Shown here one piece after another: positions 12,690 to 25,310 of a stretch of DNA of 64,000 nt (position 1 is the first letter of the stretch; every line of letters begins with the position of its first letter). The notes below the pieces were generated by a model that saw nothing but the letters and a program-made list of their open reading frames with translations, searched no databases and was not told the origin of the DNA. The stretch is taken from assembly GCF_035084215.1 (NCBI RefSeq), contig NC_090339.1, forward strand, positions 44,020,001-44,084,000, given 5' to 3'. This stretch comes from Heptranchias perlo. Taxonomy: Eukaryota. Both the position numbers and the translations under genes were made by a program.

Positions 12690-12980
12690 AATGATCTTCA
12701 GCCACAAAAAAAAGAATAATCACAACAGGGATCTTATACAGGTATGGAAGATACTTAATGGGATAGTGAAAGTAGACCCAAAATAATTCCTCCAGACTTA
12801 GCAGACAGCAAGACAAGAGGGCATAGGTTCAGGGCAAATTCAGGATAGATATTGGAAGCATTTCTTTTCACAGAGGCTGATCCACAACTGAAACTGGTTG
12901 CAATGAAGGCTGGTTAACATCAGGACACTGGACCTATTAAAGGAACAGTTAAGCGTTGAAATGGGAAAGTGGCATATTAT
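12690..12980 (+). mobile_element. Old CR1-type LINE 3' fragment
   Basis: Degenerate GDLIQVWKILNG..., TRGHRF..., HFFSQR motifs. Confidence 0.6.
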
Positions 12981-12987
12981 AGACAAT

Positions 12988-13781
12988 GGGGTAGAAATTG
13001 CTCGGAGCGGCAACCCAACACTGCTCGCTGCTCCATAGATTTATACTAACCCACAAACTTACTGCGGTCTTTTCTTTGGCCACTTCCTCGAATAGGAAGC
13101 GGAGAAGAGCCCAACGTCAGTTCAGGTGAAATTAGGACCCGTGGGAGATGTGAGAGGATCGATGTCTCCCCTCGATCAATCAGATCGCAGCATTTTTGAC
13201 AAGCTGCATTCACTGTCTCTACAGGCTTGGTACGTTAAACCAGGAAGTGAAAGGTACAACATTTTAAATCAATGTAAAAACAGTTATAGACAGCAACAAA
13301 AGAGGGGGTAAGAAATAATTGAATTAAATAAAAGAGACTGAAGGGAAAAGTAAAAAAAAATAATTTTTTAATTAAAAATTTTTTTTTTATAAATGACCAA
13401 AAACTATTCAAATAACGAGTAATGAGACACCACGTTTTAAAAAGTTAAGTTTTAGTTGTTTGGTAATCATTAAGATTTACCGTGCTGTTAAAAATTAGTT
13501 TAGACCTGTATTTTTAAGTTTACCTGTTTGGTGGCGTAATTAGTTACTTTCCAGCTGGGCAGATAAACAAGTTTGCACTTTTTCAATGATTTCTCTGATT
13601 GCAGCGTGCGATGTCCCTTTAATTCGAAGCTGTCATATCGTTAGCGAACCACTAGGAGCAAGTTCCAGATTTCTGCGTGTCACTGCACATGTGCAAATGC
13701 CGGAACTTGCTCCTCCATTTCGCCACTAACAACGGAGAGCGTTGTTGAGCTCTCCGTTATTTCGGGAGCGATTTTGGCCCC
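12988..13781. mobile_element. Harbinger-type MITE
   Basis: TIRs GGGGTAGAAATTGCTC / GAGCGATTTTGGCCCC. Internally similar to 16540-17547, 51008-51783 and 61901-62657. Confidence 0.7.
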
Positions 13782-14638
13782 AGTGAGTTAAAATGGACCA
13801 AACGGCTTTCTTCATCTCTATCTAACTTATGATCATATGGAGCTGACATAGCCCATGAAATTACTTCTTCGTCTCCCAACAAGGAGATCAAAATGAATGG
13901 GATCTTTTCAGCATACGGGCAGCTTCTTCCCTCTATTGGCATCATTGGAGAATTTTAGGAGGAAAATACCTGAAATGGGAGGAGGGAGGTTCTCCAATGG
14001 GACAGCAAGTGTAACTTTCTGTCGATAACAAATAAGTTTGTGTGTAAATTTTTTTCACATTAACCGTGAGGAGGTACTTTGCATAAAAAATACTTCCCCT
14101 ATAATCTCCATCACCTTTAATGTACATTTTTATTGCAAAAAATATAATAAATAGCTGGAGATACAAGGCAATACTTCAGCATAATGTTTCTGAGAACATT
14201 TATAACTCATGCAGAAATAATTCCTGCGCTACAAGAACGTTGGGGACATTTAGTTCTTTGATAACTGATCTGCCACGCAATTATACAGAGAAAACTATTT
14301 CCTGCAAATTACTCAGCCAATTCAGCACCAGATTATTCCAAATGCATGTGTGTGAGATTGTTATGGGCAAAACGCAGCTTGAGTGGCTCAAGATAGCTTT
14401 CATCTTCTGTGCTTTGTAAATTTATCAACTCCCATGGTTGCTATCATTGCTCACCCTATTACTAATGAAAGCAAGTGCATTCGCCACAGTACATCTTATC
14501 ACCAAACACCTTGCATTTGGAATGTAGCACTGATGCTAAATAGGTACATCATTTGATCATTGATGGTATTTGCTTTTTATAATAAAATGTTTGCATGTCA
14601 TCACATTTAATTTTTCTTTATGCACTGTACTCTCCCAG

Positions 14639-14717
14639 GCCCTTCCATTTCTTCAAATCTCTTGAGTCACACAAAGAAAGCTATGAGCCTGGGGACTTTA
14701 ATCAGAACAGAAGCAGG
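14639..14717 (+). other. Candidate 79-nt exon of an unidentified transcript
   Basis: Polypyrimidine tract and CCCAG acceptor, AGG|GTGAGT donor, two open frames. No recognisable protein. Confidence 0.3.
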
Positions 14718-15009
14718 GTGAGTCATACACTCTTGGAATGGATGTGTAACAAGGAAATAGGTTTAGTTATAATTTATCAGTTGTGGTCTTTAGTGGTATG
14801 CTTGCTTCAAACATACTAGGCTCTATATTTTGTGATCATGTAAATCGGTACATGCAATTTCCCTTTTTTAATTCTTGTCACAGTCAAGTCAATTTCATAT
14901 ATTCCTTTGCTCTCTTTTGTATAATTAAATTAGAAGCTGAATAATGCAATAAAATGTAACAGAGGAAGACATTTTTATCCTTTAAAAGAAACATAAATAC
15001 TCAGAATAG

Positions 15010-15520
15010 AGCTTCTCCCATGGTTCAATGAGTAGTTGAATGGTTCGGAATGTTCTAGGTTGCTCTGGCCTGAATTAATTGATTTCAGTCATGGCAGTAC
15101 TAAAGGCACTCAAATTGGCCTCAATGAGGCAGGTAGAGGGGACAATCAGCGAGTGTTTCTGCTGCTGATCACTAACCAGCAAGCTCTGCTGGACAGGAAC
15201 AGCCTTGTCTGTGATGCTCTTTGCAGTTGAATAGCCTTCTGATACTGTTAAGATTCACATGAGTTATGGTCACCTGGAAAAGGGGGCGGGGAGGGGGAGA
15301 ATGTAGAACTGTACTCCAGCAAAGAGTAAATGGGGAGAATTTCTGCAAGGACTTCCCAATTTCCTGCCATAATTTCAGTGGAAAATCAATGGTCATTTTT
15401 AGCCATTTACACCATTTCTCCAGGGAATCTGCCAATCTTCCACTGAAGTTAGGGTGGGAGATTGGGAGAACTCCTGCCGAAATTCCAGGCTCTTGGCTTT
15501 AGAGGAGAAGGAATAGCAGT
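15010..15520 (+). mobile_element. LF-SINE-like element, interrupted by a small MITE (~15331-15487)
   Basis: Contains AATTGGCCTCA...AATCAGC...CTGATCACTA.CCAG, TGTGATGC.CT...GTTGAATAGCCT and GAAC.GTAC.CCAGCA, resembling the LF-SINE consensus as recalled. Confidence 0.55.
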
Positions 15521-16719
15521 GTTTATGTATACCTCTGGTGCCCCCCTGAGAAAAGCCAACTCTACATTTGTCTTTTTTTTAATTGAGAAATTAGAGTGAG
15601 GGGCAAAGATACTGCAGGACTCCAGCAAGGATGAAAAAAGCCAAAGAAAAGATAAAATAAATCAAGAAATATTGCCTTAACGACACTAAGCTGAGGTTTT
15701 AAAAGTCTGGAGATTCAAGGAGAAAGGTAAAACTGAGAAAGTTATGTTCCATAGTTTTGAGGTCCTGGAAAAGAATAAGTTAGAATAAGAGACTGTGTAA
15801 TGAATCTTTATTTCAACACAATAATAATACAGGGATGGGAAAGAGCACGCAAGACTACATATTTGCACCTTGGAAAGAGCAAGAGAGGGGAGTTCAAAGG
15901 AGAACTGACCATCAATGTATCAATAAAACAAAAGAAAGATAATGAAGGTTGCTGCAGTCAGGACAGGCATAGCTAGTGCCCTGTGAGGGAAAGGGGGAAT
16001 AAGCAGTATTGATTTTAATGCATGATGCATAGTTTGACACTTGAATGTCCCATGAACTCATTAAATGTTTCAGATCAAAGTGTAGAATGTGGTGAAAGAA
16101 AATTGCTTGAAGGCTAATGGCTAAAGTAATTTGCCTATAGATAATGAAATAGAATCTGTTACAGCAAAAGTCTCGCTGATTGTTTTGAAACTTGTACAAA
16201 ATAGGCTATATGATGGCATAGTTTTTGTGTAAGAAATGGACTGCATTAATGGTAGGATGTAGTACTTCCAATGATTTTTCACACCGTGCGTAAGGGATAG
16301 TGCAGAGTAGAAGGTGAAATGTTTGTTTTGAAGGAGTGAAAGTCAGGGAGTGACTCAACCCACACACCATTTCAGAACAAATTCAAGGACAAGACTCTTA
16401 ATAAGAGAGTGCCACACTGCACTAAGAAATTGGGAGAGTCTAAGTTTACAAATAGTTAATTTAATTGTAACTTTGTTAGGTTTATCACTTTGAGCTATGA
16501 TTTGCTGTGGCAGGGTATTGGATGGCGTCTGATGTTAATTAGACTTGCCCATGCACATTTAGGTTTTTAAATTTTTTACATGGCCAATTGCTGAAAGTGC
16601 AAGCTGGCAACGTCACAGCGAGGGAAACAGGGCATCTGGGACCTGAGTGAACAGAGCAAGCAACTGGGTAGCTCCTTAACCAATCAGACTGAAGGGCTGT
16701 GAAATTAACAGTGCAAGGA

Positions 16720-16983
16720 TGTGGAGATGCCGGTGATGGACTGGGGTTGACAATTGTAAACAATTTTACAACACCAAGTTATAGTCCAACAATTTTATTT
16801 TAAAATTCACAAGCTTTCGGAGGCTTCCTCCTTCCTCAGGTGAATGTCAAGAAATCCTCGAACCTCGAGAGGTTCGAGGATTTCTTGACATTCACCTGAA
16901 GAAGGAGGAAGCCTCCGAAAGCTTGTGAATTTTAAAATAAAATTGTTGGACTATAACTTGGTGTTGTAAAATTGTTTACAATT
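16720..16983. mobile_element. Palindromic Penelope pLTR derivative
   Basis: 115-bp arms (16752-16866 / 16869-16983) with one mismatch. It has the same ~32-bp tail as the element at 40135 and a TSD AACAGTGCAAGGA (16707-16719 / 16984-16996). Confidence 0.92.
16890..16930 (+). ncRNA. Minimal type I hammerhead ribozyme (mirror copy on - at 16805-16845)
   Basis: ATTCAC-CTGAAGA-A-GGAGG-AAG-CCTCC-GAAA-GC-TT-GTGAAT: stem I, CUGANGA core, stem II, GAAA and palindromic AGCU in place of stem III. Confidence 0.8.
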
Positions 16984-18039
16984 AACAGTGCAAGGACTGA
17001 GAAGGAAGTGTAAATTAGAGTGGGTGAATTCAATGTCAAATCAGATACAGAAAGAGAAATGAAGAGAGGGAAAGAAAGATTGGATTAAGAGAGAGAAAAT
17101 AGAGACAGAAAGGAAAAGTAAAGAAAAAATTTCAATATTTAAAATTTAACATTTTTTAAATCTGCAACAGTTAAAACCTAAAGGAATGAGATTCCACATA
17201 TGTAATAGTAAATTTTCAATGCCAAGGAGGTTGATTGGCAGTAATTAAAACTTATCACGTTGTTAAAAGTGTAGTAAACTGGAATGGACAAGACTTAATT
17301 TTCAGTGGTGAATTTAGTTTGTATGTACCTTGCAAATACGGAAACTTCACTCATTTCAATGGTGAGGCAGACAGCGAGATGCCGTTTTCGCGAAGCTAAT
17401 AGCAGAGCAGCGCAACTCAGACAGCAACTTTTGGATATCTGCGTTTAATTGCGCATCTGCACCTCACCTGAAGTTGCTATACATTTGCGTATAAATAACA
17501 GCAAATGCCATTAGCCTCACCATTATTTTGACAGTAAAATCTGGCCCAACATTTTCTGTAGTTGAATACATTGGCTCAGATTTTGCTGGGGACTTGTACC
17601 ATTGTAATGGCACATCTATGTCACAGGGAACCTTGAGCGGTTCAAATGAAATAGAAAATTATGGAGTAAGTTCCTTGCATCATTAATTATACCACTCCAT
17701 ATTTTCCTGAGACTTTTTCCTAGCTCCACCATTATCCTTGCCGAAAACAGTAGGGTAATTATCATAGTTCCGCCCCCATTAAATTCAGACAACTGGGATT
17801 TTCCTGCATTTAAGCCAGTTTTCATGCAGCTGCCACATAGATTTAAAAATAATGGTCGAAGTGGCCTGGCAGCAGCATGATTTATTGTTCCAAGATCGGG
17901 TTTAAACTCTCAGTTGTTAAAAATGAATTACTGTTGCAAAGAATAAACAACTAGGATCTTTGAGTATTCACATCCTGCACCTGGGATTTTCAATTTTAAT
18001 ATTGCAAGGAGAGATACAAGAACTGGAGCAGAAAAATAT

Positions 18040-18420
18040 ACAAAAACATAAGAAAACGTGGAATGAGGCAAGCCCATTCAGCTCATTCTACAGACTATAT
18101 TTCAATCTACCCTATTGATGAATTACTCTGCTTATTTAATGTCCTGATGGAAAGTTCTGCATAAATACTCCATCATCAACAGTTTATTAAGCAATGCTAA
18201 ATTTATCCAGTACGTCAACTAGTCCACCATAGTCTGTTGCTTTCCACCCTTCAGACCATGATGAATAGCTGATGGTGAACCCAAAAACCTGCAATTCCAT
18301 TTTTGAATCGTTATTTATCCATTCCTGTTTTGAAAAAGTTGACGCTGCATCAACTGTTGTTGTTGGGAGTCTATTCCCCATATTCCGTGGGAGGAAAAGA
18401 AATAATCCCAATTCATAAAA
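18040..18420 (-). mobile_element. Very old CR1-like 3' remnant
   Basis: NRLPTTTVDAASTFSKQEW resembles the CR1 C-terminus (WNSLP..VEA). CATAAGAA-like tail at ~18047. Confidence 0.4.
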
Positions 18421-19114
18421 GTTAAATGCTTCTCAGCCACAGACAAAACAGTTCCATTCATGGAAAGAGGCTATAAGTCAGGTCCCAACAGCTGGTCTAT
18501 CTCTGTCACGTTTTCATGGAGAATACACAATCTCTTCAGAGACTGCATCCTCTTCCTCGAAGCTCAGGAACAACGGAATCTCCAGAGAGAAATCCACATC
18601 TCACCATGCATAGTTCCTTTTAACCTGTCAGTGATTTCAATGGAAAGGAAAATCGGGCATGGTGTATAATGGGCAGCTAATTCAATATTGCCAATTTTAT
18701 ACTATTGTAACTACAAAGTTAAAATCACCCCCCATGCAAGACTACGTAATGGAAAAAGTAACTGAAGAATTCATTCTATTTTTCAGCTGACGTGCTGCAT
18801 CATGTAGAAATGGATCAGATGACGATGCTTAAAAATCTTTTTTGTAATATATAGTGTTTTAAAATTCATTACATTAAATATTGTTAGTGTTAGCATATGG
18901 TACAATATAAGAATGCTCCAATGTACATCTGGTTTCCTGTTCCCCATAGACGTGTCCATCTGCCCAAACCTCTCTTAGTCACAGATGCTACAGTTATGTT
19001 CAGTCTCCTCTTTCCTTTGAATTCTGACATACTGTTAAGTCTTTTTTGTCCTGCTCCATTTTTTCCAACAGAGGCTTCCATTCTATCTGATCTCGCCATA
19101 TCCATAGCTGCTGC

Positions 19115-19948
19115 CATAAGACCATAAGACCATAAGAGATAGGAGCAGGAGTAGGCCATTGGGCCCTTAGAGCCTGCTCCGCCATTTAATGACATCATGG
19201 CTGATCTGATTTTTACCTCAACTCCACTTTCCTGCCTTTTCCCTATATCCTTTGACTCCCTTGCTGATCAAAAATTTGTCTAACTCAGCCTTGAATGTAT
19301 TCAATGACTCAGCCTCCACAGCTTTTTGGGGTAAAGAATTCCAAAGATTCACGACCCTCTGGGAGAAGAAATTCCTCCTCATTTCCATCTTAAACGGGCG
19401 ACCTCTTATTCTGAGACTATGACCCCTAGTTTTAGATTCCCCCATGAGGGGTAACATCCTCTCAGCATCTACCCTACCGAGTCCCCTCAGAATCTTGTAT
19501 GTTTCAATAAGATCTCCTCTCATTCTTCTAAACTCCAAAGAATATAGACCCAACCTGTTCAATCTTTCCTCATAAGACAACCCTTCCATACCCAGAATCA
19601 ACCTAGTGAACCTTCTTTGAACTGTCTCCAATGCAAGTATATCCTTCCTTATATAAGGGCACCAGAACTGTACGCAGTACTCCAGGTGTGGTCTCATCAG
19701 CACCCTATACAGTTGTAGCATGACTTCCCTGCTTTTATACTCCATCCCTCTGGAAATAAAGGCCAATATTCCGTTTGCCTTCCGGACTACCTGCTGCACC
19801 TGTATGTTGACTTTTTGTGTTTCATGTATGAGGACACCCAGATCCCTCTGTACCGCAGCATTTTGTAGTATTTCTCCATTCAAATAATATTTTGCTTTTT
19901 TATTTTTCCTCCCAAAGTGGATGACTTCACATTTTCCCACATTATATT
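19115..19948 (-). mobile_element. CR1/HER1-type LINE, 5'-truncated
   Basis: ORF 19218-19940 (KCEVIHFGRKN...RPHLEYCVQFW...WNSLP) and an 8-bp (CTTATGGT)n tail. Confidence 0.93.
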
Positions 19949-20947
19949 GGCATACTGCTTAGTCTCTTGCAGATTACAGATGTTGTCATCTTAATAAATT
20001 TTGCACTCAATGTGCTGTAGTTGCTAAAAAGTTTATTGTTCTAAAAGTTTGGGAAGAATATTAACAAAACAGTAAGTTTATCGTCCACAGCAAATTAAGA
20101 TAAAAAGCTCTGATAACAAGGAGTGTAGCACTTGAAACAAATAATTCTGAGGAATATGTTTGAAATAGGAAAGCTATCCTTCTATCACCCCTCTCTCTCT
20201 CTCTATCAAAAATCTTATTTCTACATGCACTTCCTGCTAACATTTTCTATTATAAATTGATTTGTCCATCTTTATAATGGAAACTACCTATATACATTTG
20301 TCACGCTGTAATTACACCCTCACCCAATAGAGGTGCAGCAACTGACAACTCTGGCCACTTCTGCTCACCTTTATTTCCACTCCTTGACTCCAGCTTGCCT
20401 GTGCTCCCTGCTGGAGTTTCTTTTTGTAAATTTTAATAATGTACAGTATTTATAATACTGGCAATCATGGTCCTGATAATTCATGCAGTTCTTGCTCTTC
20501 AGAGAATGAGTAACATCACTGATCCCTCCATAATATACAGGGTCAGATCATTTGCTTGGTGACAAATTTATTAGAGTTCTTTGAGGAAGTAACGGGCAGG
20601 GTGGATAAAGGGGAACCAATGGATGCGGTATATTTGGATTTTCAAAAGGCATTCGATAAGGTGCCACATAAAAGATTACTGCACAAGATAAGAGTTCATG
20701 GTGTTGGGGGTAATATACTGGCATGGATAGAGGATTGGCTAACTAACAGAAAACAAAGAGTCCGGATAAAAGGGTCATTTTCAAAATGGCAATCTGTAAC
20801 TAGTGGGGTGCCTCAGGGATCAGTGCTGGGGCCTCAACTATTTACAATATATATCAATGACTTGGATGAAGGAACAGAGTGTCTTGTGGCCAAATTTGCT
20901 GATGATACAAAGATAAGTGGAAAAGCAAGTTGCGGTGAGGACACAAA

Positions 20948-23900
20948 GGGGCTGATATTCGGATGGCCGAGCAGGTGCGTTGAGGGGGGGGGCTCCTCAG
21001 AGCCCGACTCCAACCCACTGACTTCTGGGTTCCCAATGACGGGTTCGGGTGCACACGTAGCTCCCTCATGCGGGACTCCAACCGGCAATTAAAGCTGGCG
21101 GGTGCTGCTTTAGATTGTTATTTAGATAGTTGAGGTACTTGACAGACCTCATTGACTGGAGATTTTGGCAGGGGTGCAATTTTGAAGGATCCTCAGCGTG
21201 TTTCCCTGTTGGAGCAGATGTGTTTCAGCCAGCAGCCAGTGGGAGATGCAAAGGATTATTTGACAGTTGGGGAGAATACCTCATTTATTGCCGCAGGACA
21301 CTCTGTCACTTCAGACAAAGTTTTGGCAGCAACACCTTTGTCTTTCCACTCAAAATTATTAATTTATGCCCTAAACTCTGCTGTGCAAACACATTTACCT
21401 ACTTTACGGACACCCTCAAACCTCAAACTCACACCGCCAGGATGGGGGGCGCCATAGCTGGATTCATCGCTTCACCCGAGGACGAGCAACATCACCAGCC
21501 TTGCCAGGCACGCAGTCCACCTCCGCCACGTGGAGCTCCACAATACAGTGCTGCGCCACAGGCACCTGCACAAAATAGTCATGCAACTACACATACACCC
21601 ACTGTAGGGTGACCCAATGGGTGGCATCAAGTGTGGGTATTCATGGTGAACCTCATGAAAGGGACTTATTACACAAGCCAGTCAAGAATGGCCAAGACGT
21701 GGCAGTAGTGGTGACAATAATAATATTTAATGTGCCATTAACAAAAATCAAATATAAATAAAAAACATGACAAATCGTCAAACACCCTTGTGCATCCCCT
21801 TTGTGCTCACAAAACCTTTGCCTTACGCTTATGAGTACTCCTACGTGGTGCTTCCCCTGTGGCTGCAGCAGAGGTAGTGGCAGGTTGCTCTTGTTCATGC
21901 CCTGACCGATTAGACGCTTTGGGCCTACGCAATCTGGGTTTCGTTGCCCGTGAGGGCCCCTTCAAAGACTGCTCCTCCTGCACCTGTGCAGGGGCAGACC
22001 CGAGCACCTGGAGAGGAGGCAGCTTTGCGGGTACTGGTTGAGAGGGGCAAACGAGTGAGACATGGGAGCGCTTTGAGTGGCGTCCCCACTTCCATGTCCC
22101 CTTTCGCCATCATCCCTCTCCTGGGCCAGGCCCACATCATTCCTACCACCCTGCTGGACGACAGTTTGGGGGACATGTGTGAAGCCTTGTAAGGCCAGTG
22201 CTAGTGTATCTGCCTGCCTGTTTAAGGCGGCAGAAATTTGCTCACCCTGAGTCCGAACGGCCATTGTCAGGGCCTCAATAGACTTATTGTTGAGCCGTGC
22301 TTGAAGCTCGATGGAGGTTAGCCTTCCCTCCATCGCAGACATTCCCGCACTTACCCATGACACTATCTCAGAGATGCCCTCAAGTCCCTGTGACAGTATC
22401 TCAGAGATCCCCTCCTGTACCTGTGCCACCATTCCACTCATGCAGGAGTTGGACTTCTCCATCCTCTGTGCGATTGTGGAGAGTGCGCGTGGTACCTGTT
22501 CCAGCACCTCACAAATGCGCTGCTGCCCCTCAATCATTCTCCTTTTAAAGGATGGCTCCCAGAGTTCAGCATCTGTGTCCAGCTGAGCAGAGCCTGGAGA
22601 AGAATGCTCCCACCGAGGCAGACTCTCCACAGCTGCCCCTGCCACCAGTGTCTACTCGCGCTCACATGTGTGTGGTGACTCACCATGTGCAACCCCAACT
22701 AACTGAGGACAGAGACCCACCGAGGTGTGTGTATCTGCGTTGGTGGATGGCTCGCTCAGATGTAATGGTGCACCCTCAGAGGCCGGCATGTTCTCTGAGG
22801 AATCGCCCTCCTCCATCACAGCGGTCGCTGAAGGCCCTGTAAGAGAACAGAAGGCAATATTAAGCATGATGACAGATGTTGAGGTGCTGAAGATGGCAAG
22901 GCATGTTAACATCATTTGCTATTGTCAGTGCTGAATGTTAAAATTCTGTCACCAGCTATTTGTCGGGTGCCAGTCTCGGCGTCCCCGACGGACAGGCACT
23001 CGAGGGTGCGGCTCAATTCAAGAGCCTCCTGCTCCACGTCCGTTAGGACAACCAGATGTTGCGGCCCCCCTCCAGTCTTCGCCCTCTCCCGTGCATTCTG
23101 GGCTCTCTTCTCCTATAAGGGGAGAAAGTAGAGAGGTGTGAGTGAGGGACGGTGATGTGGCCAACCGCTGAATGCATTGGTTTGGGTGAGGCTGACTGTG
23201 AAAGAGATGCATCAGAGGGTGAGTATGAGACAGAGCCATGACTTTGTATGAGGATTGGGTTGAGTGGTAGTGGTGGGATGAGTACTGGGGAAGTGGGGAA
23301 GTGCAGGTAAGTGGAGGATGAGGTTTGAGTGGGTGTGAGGAGTGATGTGATAGAGTAGTGTTGGCAATGCAGAAGGAGTTGTGGGGTGGGGCGGTGATGT
23401 GGAAGACGGAGTGTAGGAGAATGAGTAAGTATACTCACTTTGGCTGACCTAGTTAGGTCATTGAAGTGCTTCCCGCACTGCATCCAGGTGTGGGAGACGT
23501 TGCTGCTGCTGCTGACCTCCTCTGCCACCTCGGGCCATGCCTTCTTGGTGGCAGAGGCAGGCCACTTCCTCCTGTCCGTCAGGTAGAAGCTCTCCCTCCT
23601 CCTCCTCACCCCATCCAGTAACACCTGGAGTGAGGCATCATTAAACCTGCGGGCAGCCTTTCCCCTGGACTGCTCCATGGTTCTGTGTCGTTGTTTGCTG
23701 CAGGATCAGTCATTGGAGGACTGCCCCTTTAAATAGGGCTCCTTTAGCTGACAGCCTGTGATGCGGGTGCGCAGTCCGCCCGCTGCACAGGTTTCTGGCG
23801 GGAAACCCAGAAGCCAAGTTAAGTGGCTTCAATTTTCCCGCGATTGCATGGGGAACGGACGGATTTCACGGGGCGGGTTACCCACGTGCCCAGTCGCTAC

Positions 23901-23952
23901 CCCCCCCCCCCCCGCTTCGCTGCCAACCCGCCTCCCTGGTACTATCGGGGCC
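20948..23952 (-). mobile_element. Harbinger element, copy C (3.0 kb, full Myb gene, transposase deleted)
   Basis: TIRs GGGGCTGATATT / ACTATCGGGGCC and TSD AAA. The uninterrupted CR1 at ~27053 (GAGGACACAAAGAGTCTGCAAAGG) shows the empty site. Confidence 0.92.
21807..23678 (-). pseudogene. Three-exon Myb/SANT-like + coiled-coil gene of the Harbinger element (exons 23678-23439, 23112-22953, 22836-21807; ~475 aa), disrupted
   Basis: GT-AG introns with compatible phases (0, then 1). Exon 2 reads EKRAQNARERAKTGGGP. One in-frame TAG at 22652 and a frameshift near 22050. The C-terminus is basic (RRSTHKRKAKVL*). Confidence 0.8.
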
Positions 23953-25310
23953 AAAGTGTCTGCAAAGGGATATTGACAGGTTAAGCGAATGGACAAACAT
24001 TTGGCAGATGGAATATAATGTGGGAAAAAGTGAAGTCATCCACTTTGGGAGGAAAAATAAAAAGCAAAATATTATTTGAATGGAGAAATACTACAAAATG
24101 CTGCGGTACAGAGGGATCTGGGTGACCTCGTACATGAAAAACAAAAAGTCAACATACAGGTGCAGCAGGTAATCCAGAAGGCAAACGGAATATTGGCCTT
24201 TATTTCTAGGAGGATGGAGTATAAAAGCAGGGAAGTCATGCTACAACTGTCCAGGGTGCTGGTGAGACCACACCTGGAGTACTACGTACAGTTCTGGTGC
24301 CCTTATTTAAGGGAGGACATACTTGCATTGGAGGCAGTTCAGAGAAGGTTCACTAGGTTGACTCCGGGTATGGAAGGGTTGTCTTATGAGGAAAGACTGA
24401 ACCGGTTGGGTCTACACTCATTGGAGTTTAGAAGAATGAGAGGAGATCTTATTGAAACATACAAGATTCTGATGGGACTCGATAGGGTAGATGCTGAGAG
24501 GATGTTACCTCTCATGGGGGAACCTAAAACTAGGGGGCATAGTCTCAGAATAAGGGGTCGCCCGTTTAAGATGGAAATGAGGAGGAATTTCTTCTCCCAG
24601 AGGGTCGTGAATCTTTGGAATTCTTTACCCTAAAAAGCTGTGGAGGCTGAGTCATTGAATACATTCAAGGCTGAGTTAGACAAATTTTTGATCAGCAATG
24701 GATTCAAAGGATATGAGGAAAGGGCGGGAAATTGGAGTTGAGGTAAAAATCAGATCAGCCATGATGTCATTAAATGGTGGAGCAGGCTCAAGGGGTCGAA
24801 TGGCCTACTCCTGCTTCTATCTCTTATGATCTTATGGTCTTATGATTGACATTGAGGCAGTGCAACATCCATGTAAAATGGGGCTGCTATACTTGGGGGA
24901 GGTGGAAGTTTGTTCCAGTTTCTGTTAAAGCCATGCAGTAGCCTAAGACAGCAACAGATAAGCACTGATAGCTTTAACAGCTTGGAGTGCATGTCAGATT
25001 ACCTGTCTTACCAGAGATTGGTTCATAATGTCCATGGAAGGCAGCATTCCTGACATCAGAGTTAACCCTTTACAAGGACCAGGCCATTGAGCTGTTGGGG
25101 AGACACTTGGTACTAGCCATGGGAGAAGGTGAGATCGGTGGGACTGTGCAGGCTGCAGGTTAGTCAGTGCAGACTCAGACATTTACCAGTTGCAGCCCTT
25201 TAAAGCAGCAAGCCAGCAGAAAAATCCTCACCTTTCACTGTCTCCTCAAACTTTGGGTTCTGCACACTAATTCTTATCTCATACCCTCTTTTCATGCAAT
25301 TCCATCATAG

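Larger units (their letters stand above)
16540..17547. mobile_element. Harbinger-type MITE hosting the Penelope palindrome
   Basis: Right terminus AAAATCTGGCCC. It is a reverse-complement relative of 51008-51783. The left end is unclear. Confidence 0.6.
20555..24845 (+). mobile_element. CR1/HER1-type LINE split by Harbinger copy C (20555-20947 + 23953-24845)
   Basis: YLDFQKAFDKVPH, GVPQGSVLGP and KFADDTK motifs. It resumes after the insertion with the RT C-terminus and a CTTATG tail. Confidence 0.93.

Noticed and set aside
18438-18614. Open frame after a CAG acceptor (PQTKQFHSW...HHA*)
   Set aside because: No recognisable protein and a weak acceptor. It lies next to a decayed CR1 remnant.
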